Part shown: positions 13,336 through 25,329 of the stretch, piece after piece | Layout of the letters: the number at the start of each line of letters is the position of its first letter | Position numbering within the stretch: the stretch's first letter is position 1 | DNA from: Eledone cirrhosa | Taxonomy: Eukaryota | Direction of reading: 5' to 3' | Assembly: GCA_964016885.1 (NCBI GenBank) | Contig: OZ024742.1 | Coordinates: 269,762,001 to 269,826,000, forward strand | Length of the DNA: 64,000 bases | Position numbers and translations under genes: made by a program | The notes under the pieces: model-generated | Seen by the model: only the letters and a program-made list of their open reading frames with translations | What the model was told of the DNA's origin: nothing | Database searches by the model: none

Positions 13336-14810
13336 AAGATCTCATTATTGGCTACACTGGAATACATATACGAGACAATACAATAGACAGGGACAGTGGG
13401 GGTTTACATATATAATACAATATATAATATATTTATACACATATAAATAACAATAACACAATATCAAGAAAAATGCAGCAATAAGGGAATAACCACCGCG
13501 ATTCGACTCTAGTACTCCACCAATCCTGAACCAAACGATGCTTTGAGGGCACCCTGGAGGGACACAGCTCTTCTCCTTAAATTAACCAGTCTACAGGCGC
13601 ATGCTTAATGTAGGCTAGGCGATAGTAAATGACTAATACTATGTACGTGTTTGCCCACTCCACACTACTTTTGAGAGATAGCTTCCTCTCAGCGCAATTC
13701 TCTGTGAGAGAGGAGGCTACCCTGGTCGTCACCTGGTCTCAATTCAAATCCGAATCAAACCCCGTCCAGTGCCCAATGATGCTGTTAGTCGACATGGAAT
13801 TGCCTCTCTAGGTGCCGAACTGCAAGCCCACAGACTTTTCCGAGTTGAAGTTTGCTTCTGTCAATCTTACATATTCCTCCTATAAAGTCCCTACCACTTC
13901 AATTTCCGGGGTGTTCCAGACGATTACGATGATGTCCACATCAACTGAAACAGGCTATCCACGTCGCGGTTCGAGCGGGATGCCTTGCAACAAGCTCAGC
14001 TTCTGCGGTAGAACCCCGAGAGTCAATACTTACAGAAGGGAACAAAAAGCGCAGCTTTGACTCTCCGATTGGGACAACTGAAATGGTTCACAAAAGGTTG
14101 CAATTAATTTTGACCACCGAAGAGATGCCGATGTGCATTGCAGTGATCCATCCTATGAAGAAAGGACCGAAACCAGTTGCCTTGAGGACAGCCTGTAGAC
14201 ATCGATGGTACAAACTATCGAAAGCTTTCTAATGATTTAAAGTGATCATAGCCCTACCGAAGACAGTTTTACAACCTACACTCTCTAGGATGTATTGCAT
14301 GAGATGGAGGTTGTCGTGTATGGAAATGGTCGAGGTTGTGCAAATGTTCCCCTCCCCTACCAAATCATCGACTACAAGCGACAACTTCTTCGATAATACA
14401 TTGGCCAAGACCTTAAACTCAGCTTTTAGCAGAGTTATGGGCCTGAAATTATCTAAAGTATCCCTCTTTTTCACGTCTTTGATTATAAGTGTCATTATTC
14501 CTCGGCTCACATAACTGAGAACACACCCGATTCGCTGCCAATTGTAGTAGAGTGCTTTGAGGAGATTGGAGGACATTTAAGGACTATCTACGAAAATCTT
14601 GAAGGGCAAAGATGGTAACATGCGTACTGTGCAGCTGACTACATCATGCCAAATTTCGGTTGAATTATCAGCCTTTCGCAGCGCTCAGGATCGGCGATTC
14701 AGAGACGCGGTAGGCTGTCCAAATAGGGACTGAAGTCCGACACCGTCTCCGTCCCACTACATCCCCCGAGCAAAAGCATGCCAAGTGGAGCAGACATGCG
14801 AGTCCCAGAT
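13336..14810 (-). mobile_element. Old divergent Tx1-clade ORF2 fragment with 3' end
   Basis: NFRPITLL..FKVLANVL..IHDNLHLM; homologous to RT in the other copies; its 3' end runs into TTG/TTA repeats on its own strand. Confidence 0.8.
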
Positions 14811-14869
14811 ACAAAATCATTTGGGCATGTTTGAGCTCAGAAAATCACATCATACGTGGACGAATATAC

Positions 14870-17850
14870 GGAGCCTTGGACATGTTCTTTAGAAGCCCAC
14901 AGGAAGCCAGAAATCACACCATAGCTCCACAAAGAGCGACGAGCTGAAACTAGTCTCACGTTAGTGTGCACAAAGGCCGGTAAGATTAAGAGTGACCCAG
15001 GTTCCACCGGTCATTGCAATTCCCTGGCTGATGGCCTCCGTCCTCACCCACATGGAAGACACCACAGAAGTCTTCGAGGTATTTAAAATGAAAAAAACCC
15101 AGAGAACTGGTCCGCTTCTGGAATGTAGATCCTGATCCAAGTAGACCAGAAAACAACCAAGCAATTCCACAGGTGATAGACCTCGACGATGGCAGCCACA
15201 TCACCGTAATCATTTGAGATAGAAGGCAACGATGTGGCGATTGAACCCACTTAAAAACCTTCAGCTCTAAGGCGGTGGTTAACAAATGAAGGCCACCTCT
15301 CAACCAGCAAAAATAGCAGCAGCAACTGTAGCAACAAAGGCAGCAACAGCTGTAGCAGCAACGGTAAGAAGACCGCCAGCACCATCACTTACAGTGCCAG
15401 AAGTAGCACCAACACCATCCACCTCGCCAAAACCAACACCAACGCCTATAGAAGACGTTCCACTCCCCGTCCTCTCAAAAAAATACAGGGCGAAACAAAC
15501 AAAAAACAAAACAAGCAAGTTAAGACAACAACGTCCGCCAACTACCAACCACGCCAGCATCACCAGCCCCATCACCACAAAACTCAACACCATCACAATC
15601 ATCAACCACAACCCCAACCTCCAACACCACCAAAGTCACCCGCGAGCGCAGCAGAAACAAACCCACACGCGCAACCACAAGACATGCATGTACAACAAAA
15701 CGACCAAATCTAAACACACTACACAGCATTAAACTTGAACAATAAACAATTATTAGACTACATCCAACAGAACACCAGAACCACGGAGAAAAGCTACAGA
15801 ACACCCAAAATATTCACACCACCTATACACATGCACATCACACGTATCACACATAAAACATACACATCCTTAAAGTTAAAATTCTGCAATGACATCGGAG
15901 ATTTCCTGTAAACAATTTACAGGAGGATATATAAAGACATCCTTCCGGAGAGGGCCACAAACAGTCAGAAAGACGGAAAAAAACTATCATTCCTCCACAG
16001 CATTTAATCAGTCTTTTTCAACATGACCTTATCAGAAAAAAGGCAACATAAATACACAGCTGAGAATGTAAGTCGGTGTTGCTTAATGTGGCCAGCAACG
16101 AAGACTTCGCTTTTAGTGTAGTAACTGTTCATGCCCCGTTAGGGGTAGGAATGCCTGATTACTTCAGACGAGTAAAGACCTTCCTAGGAATGTCCCGCTC
16201 TTTAATATTAGTTGGTGGTTGGAACGGGATCTTGGATGCATGCCAGGATTGTGTGGGATTAGCGGATAGAGGAGGAGGATGGGAAAACTTCTCAGACGTT
16301 TGAAACTATCCGACATGTACCCACTGGATTTCCCAAATGTGCCAAATAGATTGAGGAAATCGGAGATGGTGACAGGGGCAATTATAAACCAAGAAAAGTC
16401 GTTGGGTCTGCCACCCGACGTCTGTTGAGGCAGGTCATGGCGTCCAACAGCATCATTGGGACCTGAATGGATCGGGCGGTTAAATTGCTACGTGTCTGAT
16501 TCGGTCAAGAACGCCAGACGGACAAAAACTGGTACGAAGTGACGAACAATGTGTCCCCACTCACCAGAAATGGGCAGAGAGGAAGCTATACCTGAAAGCT
16601 CCAGTCGAGGTGCTGAATGTGTCCTTTATCTACTACTGTGTGACCATCGTGCCTTGTCTGACGTCACTGGAGCGTTTGCTTTTTCACTTTTTGCGGAAGG
16701 CACTGGCTCCTATGGTCTGGTGTTCAATCTGCAGTCAACACCCGCTACGTGGAGGACTGGGCATGCCGTGGCTGATGATGCGCAGACATGCACTCAGGCT
16801 ACAGTATCTACCCATCTTCCTGGAGAGTGAACAGGTTTGATCGCCCTTGGCTACATGCGTTTTCGCCCAGCTCATCTAGTTGACGGTGCTGAACTCCTGA
16901 GTCAAGCGAAGACCGAGAGGGAGCGCTTGGAGACTGCAATGTCTTTAGTTGCTCACAGCCCTCGATCAATCGGGCAATGAGTACGGTGGAATCTCAACCT
17001 TGGCGTTCTATAGTGGTTTATTGGAGGGAAATAGCGACGATGTCCTTGGGAAAAATCTGGACATCGACTAAAATAAACAAACCAATCTCTACGAGAGAAC
17101 TTTCGGGCCGAGGCCCATCTGGCAGTGTTACAGGGGAGCTCTCCCAGTTCGTGATGAACTCTACAGGCATGAAAGTGCCGTCAGCCAGGTCTGTCCGAGA
17201 TGTATGCAGGGTGACGGATCCATCGTGCACATACACGTCCAGTGTCCGAGCATCGCTGACTTGTGGGTTTATGTCGAACACTTTCTGTTGCCTGTAGGAC
17301 GGATCCGCCGAGTCCATCGTGCGGATTGGCCCACCGCCTTACTTTAGCCGGGAGGTGCAGGCAGTTTATTGCGTGCCTGGTGGGAATGGTGAAAGAGGAC
17401 ATGTGGTGGACGCGTTTGAAGAGATTGAAGACTTAACTCTTCTATGATGCCCTGATTATCATATTCAAATTTCATTCGGAAAGGAAATTCAGGGTGGAGA
17501 GGGAAGTGCTCCCTTCCCAGCAATTTGTTGAAAGATGGGTGAGGGAGGCAAGCATGGCCCGAGTTAATTGGCTTGTTCTAAAAATGCGTCTGAAAATTGG
17601 AGGTGGAGAACTGGGAGAGGGCACATGCCCAGGTGGTCAGAGTGACCGTGACTTTTTTAATAGGCATTCTGCATGAGTGACTCTCATATGTCTCCCCCAC
17701 CCATTGTGAATGTTATTTTTACTCCTGTATTTTCCGTTATTGTTTTTTTCTTTACACGCAGAGATACCAATTTATACCGTCCAGTACCGTCATGTACTGT
17801 CCTTTATGTTATACTTCATATCAACACTTGTGTTTAATGAAGTCAACTTT
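14870..17850 (+). mobile_element. Degenerate Tx1-clade element: partial ORF1, APE remnant, large internal deletion, ORF2 C-terminus and 3' UTR
   Basis: ORF1 remnant similar to the 1-4620 copy (PIEDVPLPVLS, YKDILPE). APE remnant (VHAP..GWNGILD) jumps near 16350 to post-RT sequence (QHPLRGGLGMPWLM). Confidence 0.82.
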
Positions 17851-17879
17851 ATTGTTATTATTTCCATTATTATTTTAAT

Positions 17880-18250
17880 GTGCATCATTACTGATTTATC
17901 GAGCACAGCTTTGTGCACCTTGGGTATGAGCAATATCGTTTTTGTTTACCGATGTTGTTTCTATTGTATTCATAGTACATTTCGTAATATGTGTACAGTG
18001 CCTAGTAGTGTTCTTTTGTATACTGTTTATGTTTGTAAGTCCTGAGAGTTTGGCTATCTATTTTTCTGTGCCTTTTTTATCATTCCTAGAGCACCTATTA
18101 ATATAGGTATTGGTTCTGTTTTCATTTTCCATATTCAAGATATTTCTAGCTCTATATTTTTATATATGGAGAGTTTATCTATTTCTTTGAAAGATATTTT
18201 GTCATCTGTGGTGATAGAATCCTCTAATAGAAGGCAAAGTTTTCTTTGTG
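17880..18250 (-). mobile_element. Old Dong/R4 3' fragment
   Basis: Minus-strand translation CLLLEDSITTDDKISFKEIDKLSIYKNIELEIS..IPILIGALGMIKK matches the RLE C-terminus. Confidence 0.7.
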
Positions 18251-18289
18251 GTCTTTGACAATAATATATTGAATCGTTGGCCTTATTAT

Positions 18290-18660
18290 CGAGAAGGAAG
18301 TGCTCCCTTCCCAACATTTTGTTGAAAGATGGGTGAGAGAAGCAAGAATGGCCCGAGTGAATGGGCCTACTCTGAGTATGTGTCTGTAAATTAAAGGTGG
18401 ATAACTGGGAGAGGACACGTGCCCTGGTGATCAGGGTCACTGTGGATTTTTAATGGGCTTTCTCCACAAATGTCCCTCGGAAGTCTCCCCCCTATTGGGG
18501 AATTTTCCATTGTTATTTTTTTGTTACATCCTCTTTTTTGTTTTTTACACGCAGAAATGCCCATTTGTACCGTTATGCATTGCCTGTACTGACCTTAATG
18601 TCTACTTTATGTAAACTCTTGTGGTTAATAAAGAAAGTCTTATTATTATTATTATTATTG
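18290..18660 (+). mobile_element. Tx1 3'-end fragment followed by (TTA)n
   Basis: 3' UTR nearly identical to 24200-24425; AATAAA followed by TTA repeats. Confidence 0.85.
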
Positions 18661-18669
18661 TTCTTTGAG

Positions 18670-18752
18670 TAAATTACCAGTAATGTACTGGGTAATTGCT
18701 GGCCTTGTGCCCAAAGTAGACACAATTATTATTATTATTATTATTATAATTA
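18670..18752 (+). mobile_element. SINE 3' fragment with (TTA)n tail
   Basis: TACCAGTAATGTACTGGGTAATTGCTGGCCTTGTGCCCAAAGTAGA matches the SINE 3' end. Confidence 0.75.
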
Positions 18753-18753
18753 T

Positions 18754-21700
18754 TGAATGCTATGTTTGACGGAGGCTCGGCTCTGTAAGGTATTGTAAAT
18801 TTTGACCGCTATAACAATTGTAAATTGTTTAAAACTTTAACCAACTTGTAGACAAAAACACCCTCCTCCTCGTGAGAGGGGTCTTTCTGCCCGTTATTTG
18901 GCCCTTCGGGGTTAAATAACTCCTCATTGGGGTTTTGTGCCCAATATTTATTTTAAACAAAAAAACAACATGGCTACGAAAAAGAATTTTCATAGGTCAC
19001 TCCCACTCATTCCGTCTACTTCTTCCTCAATCGTCACTACAGCAGAGAGAAGATTGTCTCTCTCCCTCCCTTCTTTAAATGTGTCTCTCTCCCTCCCTTC
19101 TGTTTCGCAAGCGACGACAGAAAAGAAAAGTCCGGTGCAAAGCGTGCAAGATTTCTCCACGACGACGACGACAACGACGGAACAGGTGTGCGGGAAATAC
19201 GAAAACCCATTTCATTCGTCTGACGTCAGGAATAATAGCAGTAGCAGCCGTAATAACAACAGCAACAGTGACAATGAAAACAACAGTAGCAGCAGCAACA
19301 ACATCAGCAGCAGCATAAACAACAACAGCATTAGCAGCAGCAACAACAACAACAACCACAGCAACAGCGGTGGCGGCAGTAGTCGTAGTACCTGCAGCAA
19401 CAACAAAAGTAACAGCAGCTCTGACGACAACAACAACAACAACAGCAGCAAAGAAAAAAAAAACAATCTCGTTTGCAGGTGTCGCGAAGAACCTGGAAAC
19501 CATCCTCATAACAAATGAGGAATTAGAGGAAGCGAAGAAGATGGTGACAAAAACTGGACACCGAGCAATCTGCAAGGCAGCGGAAAACATTTTTCGAAAC
19601 CCAACAGCACTGTACGGTCACGTACCGTACAGTAAGTACAAAATCCCGTAGGGTTGAAAGAGCCACATAGGCTCAAATACAAAAAGCCTTGGGGTCTGTG
19701 TGGCAGCGGAAAACGCACATCACCCGAGGCAAGAAATATGCCACCGTAGACGTACTATTTGCCACACCCCAGGAGGCAAAGGCTCAATCCGTAGTGACCC
19801 TAAGGAGCGAGGAAATGGTGTTGGTGCCCTCCTACTGCGGGCAAAAAATTGTGAGGGTCAAACTGACCCCCCCCCCCCCCCGGGATGGCCCCTTCTTGGC
19901 TGGCCGCGTCTGTCCTCGTCGGAATCGAGGACAAAACAACTGTACTGCAAGTACAGAAAAAGTAAGAGAAGATTGGGTCGGCACCTCTATTGAGATGTTA
20001 ATCCAAACCATCCAGGAATGCATCGAAGCTATCCCGGATGTGATAGACTTCGATAACGGCACTCAACTGCCATAAGTGTTGAGGGCAAACGCCCGAAATG
20101 CTTTCGCTGTGGATCGAAGACACACCTCAGGGCCTTCTGCAACGAGAAGACCCTGAGAAAGGAGAAAAGACCCTCCTTCCGAAACCGGCTCCACAGCTAC
20201 CAGTAACAGACCAAGCGGCAACCAGGAACGATAGGTCCGTGGCACCCTACCCACGCCACGGAAATCAAGAACAGCAGCAGCAGTGGAAGTATTAACAATA
20301 CCAAATGCAGCTGCAACAGAGACGCCACTGCAAACATCACCAACAACAAGTGAAAGAGTGGAGCTGGTACCCCTCCCCGACCTCACAGAATCAGACATGG
20401 AGTGTGAGGTGGGAGAGGGATGGCAAAAGGTCGTAAGAAGGCACAAACGCAGAAGCAACGCATCGTCGCCTTCGAAAAGGGAGGAAAGAAATGAAAAAAG
20501 GGTAAAGGCTACTGCAAAGAGACTCACAGTAGCAACACCACCAACATCATCACCACCCACACTAGCACCACCATCACCACCGGCGACAACGCCAACGCCA
20601 ACAACAACAACACCTTCAACACCAACACCACAAGCACCAACATCGCAAACACAACAAGACACACACACCCAGCAACACGACAAGAAAATAGCAGAACCAC
20701 ACCCACCCCCAAAAAACAAATGCAGGGCAAATACACACAACAAGAAATACACACAATACACACAACAAGAAACTAATGACTTACATAATTGAACACACAG
20801 ACATTTCACAGCACAACTACATAATACCAGCACCAATCAAAACGCCAACGAACATAAGACTGGTTAAAATAGCACAGAAAAAATACACAAACATTAAAAC
20901 GAAATTCCCCAACGCAATTGGTGATTTCAGAGACCTAGGAGGGACTCTCAACCGGAGAGTATATTCGGACGTACTCATAGAAGAGCCGAAGACCAGCCGA
21001 AGGGAGGATTCAACGGTCCCTTCACCAGACGATCAAGTGAAAAGGGATGGAAAAACCATCCTTCCTCTACGAATAGTACGCCAAGTGGTCTTTACCATCT
21101 TTTCCACTCCATTTTAAACATGACCTCACTCAGAATAGACAGCATAAATGCGCGTGGCTTGGGGTCGTCATGGAAGCAGGGTCACCTCCTCAACGACCTC
21201 TGTTCACTAAACATAGATGTAGTGGCCATCAGCGAGACCAGATTCTCCGAAGCACGGGCCTTCGAGCGATCTTCGGCGGCTACGATGTGTCGCATCTCCC
21301 AGCCGTCCTTGATCAGGGGAGGAGTTGCTGTTCTTTTTCGGAGAGGTTTGGATCTCGCCATACGGGCCATCTTCCTGGCCCCAGAGGGTAAGTTGGTAGT
21401 GCTGGACGTGACCAGCGGATACGGGCAAGCTTTCACGCTATTGGCCGTTTATGCCCCGACAGGAGCAGGGCCGCCTGATATCTTCCGGCGTCTGGAGACC
21501 TTTCTTGGAACGTCCCGCTCTTTAGTGTTAGTGGTGACTGGGACGGGTTCTTAGATGCACGCTGGGACTGTGTGGGATTAGCGGATAGGGGTAGAGGGTG
21601 CAAAAGCCTCACCAACCTGCTCAGGCGTTTTGAACTGTCTGACAGGTACCGATTGGATTTCGCGAATGTGCCAATGTGGACTTGGACAAATCTCATAGGG

Positions 21701-24425
21701 TCATCCAGATCATATCTAGATAGAGTATTTTGTAAGGAAATAGATAGGTCTAGCATAGGCTGTCCTCAATTCAAGATAGTCAGCTACACGGACCACAAAT
21801 TCGTGATCTGTGTGCTTGTGTGCTTGACTTAGATAGGCTTCATAGACGAGGACCCGGTTACGGGAAGCTAAACGCGTCCTTACCAGCGCGCAAGGCCTGC
21901 AGAGACCGGATTAGCGAACTAGTTAAGCGGGCGTTGACGGGGGCCATCGTCAACAACAAGTGGTGGTTTGCTCTGAAAAGAGCGATTAGAATAGAATCGA
22001 TTAGGTTTAGTAAGGCTTTAGCAATAGAGAAAAATGGAGCAGAGGGAGAACTAGTTAGAAAATTAGACGAGGCGCTTAGCAAAGGCATTGCGACCGACGT
22101 GCTTGCGGCGAAATTGTCCCATGACCAATTATTCAAAGACACGAGGGGACGAAAGCCGTTCAATGGGCCCGAGTGGCGGAGGCGCGTCGTGGCAACAAAG
22201 CCACGATCCGGTCTTTGGTGGACCACGACGGGCGCATGCTACTCGATCCCGGGCAAATGTGTGAAGCTTTTCAGCGACACTTCGCTCAGCTGTTCGGCGA
22301 AAGCGGTGGGCCGGGTCGAGGGATGGACTTTAGTGTCTACCTCGACGGACTGCCGCGGCTCTCGGCCACTGAGGCGAGGTTTTGCGAAAAGCCGATAACA
22401 GCCGCTGAAGTAAGGGAGGCAATGACTGGCTGCACAAGGGGTAAATCGCCTGGTTTGGATGGTCTGCCCTATGAACTTTACGTACAGATGCCAGACTTGT
22501 TCGGAGGCCTCTTGGCGGACGTCTACTGCAACTGGCAACAGAACGGGAGAATTCCCAGTTCTGTGAGCCGAGGAGCGGTGGCACTGCTGAGAAAGGATCC
22601 GAACAAGGGGATAACATATATCATTTCCGGCCCATAACTCTACTAAACACAGAGTTCAAGATTTTGGCCAAGGTGCTGGCAAAGAGGTTGGCGCTTGTCG
22701 TTGGTGGTCTGGTGGGAGAGGCGCCATTCTCGACAGATCCATCCACGACAACCTCCACCTCATGCGTACATCGTAGAGAGGGTAGCTAGGGAACCTGGCA
22801 CGGGTGGGTCCTTGATCAATTTAGATCAGTCGAAAGCTTTCGATAGGGTCGACCATCGTTACCTAGCGGCAGTCCTGAGGGCGGCTGGCTTTGGGCCCGT
22901 CTTCAGAGGCTGGATCGCTGCCATGCACAGCGACATCTGCTCTGTCGGTGAGAGTGAACGGTCACCTGTCGGAACCGTTCAGCATCATGCGCTCGGTCCG
23001 GCAAGGATGTCCCCTCTCGTCCCTCTTGTACGTATTGACTCTCGAGCCATTACTGCACAAACTGGAGACGTTGAGGGGCATTACGCGCGAACTAGGATGC
23101 GGAAGATCCGTGTCAGCATATGCGGACGATGTCACCGTAGTGGTGTCGAACATCAAACACATCGAGGCGATCGGCACTACAGTAAGTGAATACGAAGCGG
23201 TGACAGGAGCAATGATCAACCAGGAAAAGTCAGTGGGCCTGCAGCTCGGCACCTGGAGAGGCAGGTCCATGCCGTCCAACAGCGTCGTCGGACGTTGGAC
23301 GGACGAACCGGTTAAATTGCTAGGGGTCTGGTTCGGTCCGGACCTCCAGACGGACAAAAACTGGGACGAGGTGACGAGCAGAGTGGCTTCTCTCACCCAG
23401 AAATGGGCGGAGTGGAAGCTATCCCTGAAAGCTCGAGCGGAAGTGGCTAACGCGTACATCGCGTCTGTCATCTGCTACCGCCTGACCGTCGTACCTTGTC
23501 CTAAGCCTCGCCTGACAGCGCTGGAGCGTTTGCTCTTTCGCTTTTTGTGGAAGGGACGCGCTCCGATGGTCAGGCGGTCCATCTGTTGTCAACACCCGCT
23601 ACGTGGTGGGCTGGGCATGCCGTGGCTGATGACGCGCAGGCACGCGCTCAGGCTACGACATCTCCACCTCTTCCTCGACGGTGATCAGGTGTGGTCGCCG
23701 TTAGCTAGACACGTATTACCCCAGCTCGTTTCCTTGACGGAGCTGCAGTCCTGGGTCAGGCGAAGACCGAGAGGGAGCGCCTGGAGACTGGAATGTCTTC
23801 AGGCGCTCACAGCCCTCGACCAATCGGGCAATGTGATCGGTGGAAACTCCACCTCGGCGTTCTATAGAGGATTAGTGGAGGGGAAGAGCGACGACGTACT
23901 TGGGGAAAATCTAGGCGTCGACGAAAATCAACTAGCCAATCTCTTCGGAATAACTTTCGGGCGAGGGCCTATGGACAACTTCCAGAAATCTCTGGCCTGG
24001 CAGTGCTACCGAGGAGCCTTGCCAGTTCGGGATAAACTCTACAGGTATGGAGGTGCCGTCAGCCGGGCATGTCCGAGATGCGCGCAGGGCGACGAAACCG
24101 TCCTGCAGGCACTCGTCCAGTGTCCGAAAATTGCTGACTTGTGGGTTTATGTCGAACACCTGCTGTCGCGTTTAGGACGGATCCGGCTATCATCTGGAAA
24201 ACTGGGAGAGGGCACTTGCCTTGGTGGTCTGGGTCATTGTGGCCTTTTACTGGGCTTTCTCCACAAATGTCCCTCCGAAGTCTCCCCCCTATTGGGGAAT
24301 TTTTCATTGTTATTTTTTGTTACATCCTCTGTTTTTGTTTTTTACACGCAGAAATGCCCTCCTGTATTGTCCTGCACTGTCCTTAATGTCTACTTTATGT
24401 AAACCCTTGTGGTTAATAAAGAAAT
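18754..24425 (+). mobile_element. Near full-length Tx1/L1-clade non-LTR retrotransposon (frameshifted) between two (TTA)n tracts
   Basis: 5' UTR; ORF1 18970-21117 (Asn/Ser tract, CFRCGSKTHLRAFC knuckle across a frameshift); ORF2 from 21120 with APE and RT (RQGCPLS, AYADD, GGLG, CPRC..ET); AATAAA at ~24415. About 0.3 kb near 24195 is deleted relative to 17310-17605. Confidence 0.95.
21120..24200 (+). pseudogene. ORF2 (APE endonuclease-reverse transcriptase) of the Tx1 element, several frameshifts
   Basis: ORF pieces 21120-21554, 21572-21832, 21820-22398, 22173-22637, 22695-23189 and 22891-24402 carry collinear motifs. Confidence 0.9.
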
Positions 24426-25329
24426 CATTATTATTAATATTATTATTATTAATATTATTAGTATTAATATTATTATTATTATCATCATCGTTAATATTAT
24501 TGAGGTTTTTGCAAGTGAAAAACAGTTGAGTTTCAAAAAAAAAAAAAAAAAATTCATCGACAGGAGAATAGCCAGCATTTTGAATAGTGATTTTACCGAT
24601 TCTTTCAATCTATGCATTCACCTATATTATTTCGTCTTTTTTAATATATTGATTTAAATTTGAAAGTATTATAGAGTTATGGAAAAAAGGGAATTCGATG
24701 ATCTTATTGGAAAAAGGTTATGGAATATCGTATTTCTTTTCGTAAAATTAACTTTATAGAAGATAATAAACTTTCATCCCATATATATTCTCTACGCTCA
24801 ACAATACACAATTTTAGCGGGATATATATTTGATAAATTCAAAAGAACAATAGACCATAAAAAGCGTTTACACATAAAGTAACTCTGCAATAGAAAACGC
24901 ACGAATAATGTCCTGGGATCTTTTAAAATTCTTTTTTGAGCATAGAATAAACTTGTATTTTTTAACATTTTAGAAATTGATAATTTCACTATTTTTTTAC
25001 CCTCATGCCATTTCCTAACATTTGTTCCTCGATATCTATCTTAATCTAGCCATCTTTCTGTCTATCTATAAAAGTAAATTTGATCTAAATTCTTTACTTA
25101 AACTTATCTTCAGTTCTGAAAATTTCACATTATGTTTGATCTATACAATTGCAAACTTATTATAGGTTTCGGCTAGCGAACATTAACTTTGGTTTTGAGA
25201 ATGGGCTGGTTCTATTTCGTGTGCTCATTGGACACATTTTGTTTTATTGGAAGGGAATGTATGTCTAGTAGGAATGCAATTATTAAATTAGAATTTATGT
25301 GAAAAAGATGGTGGCTGAATTCTGTGATT

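Noticed and set aside
18937-19518. Asn/Ser-rich 193-aa ORF as a host gene
   Set aside because: It is the low-complexity N-terminus of Tx1 ORF1 before a frameshift.
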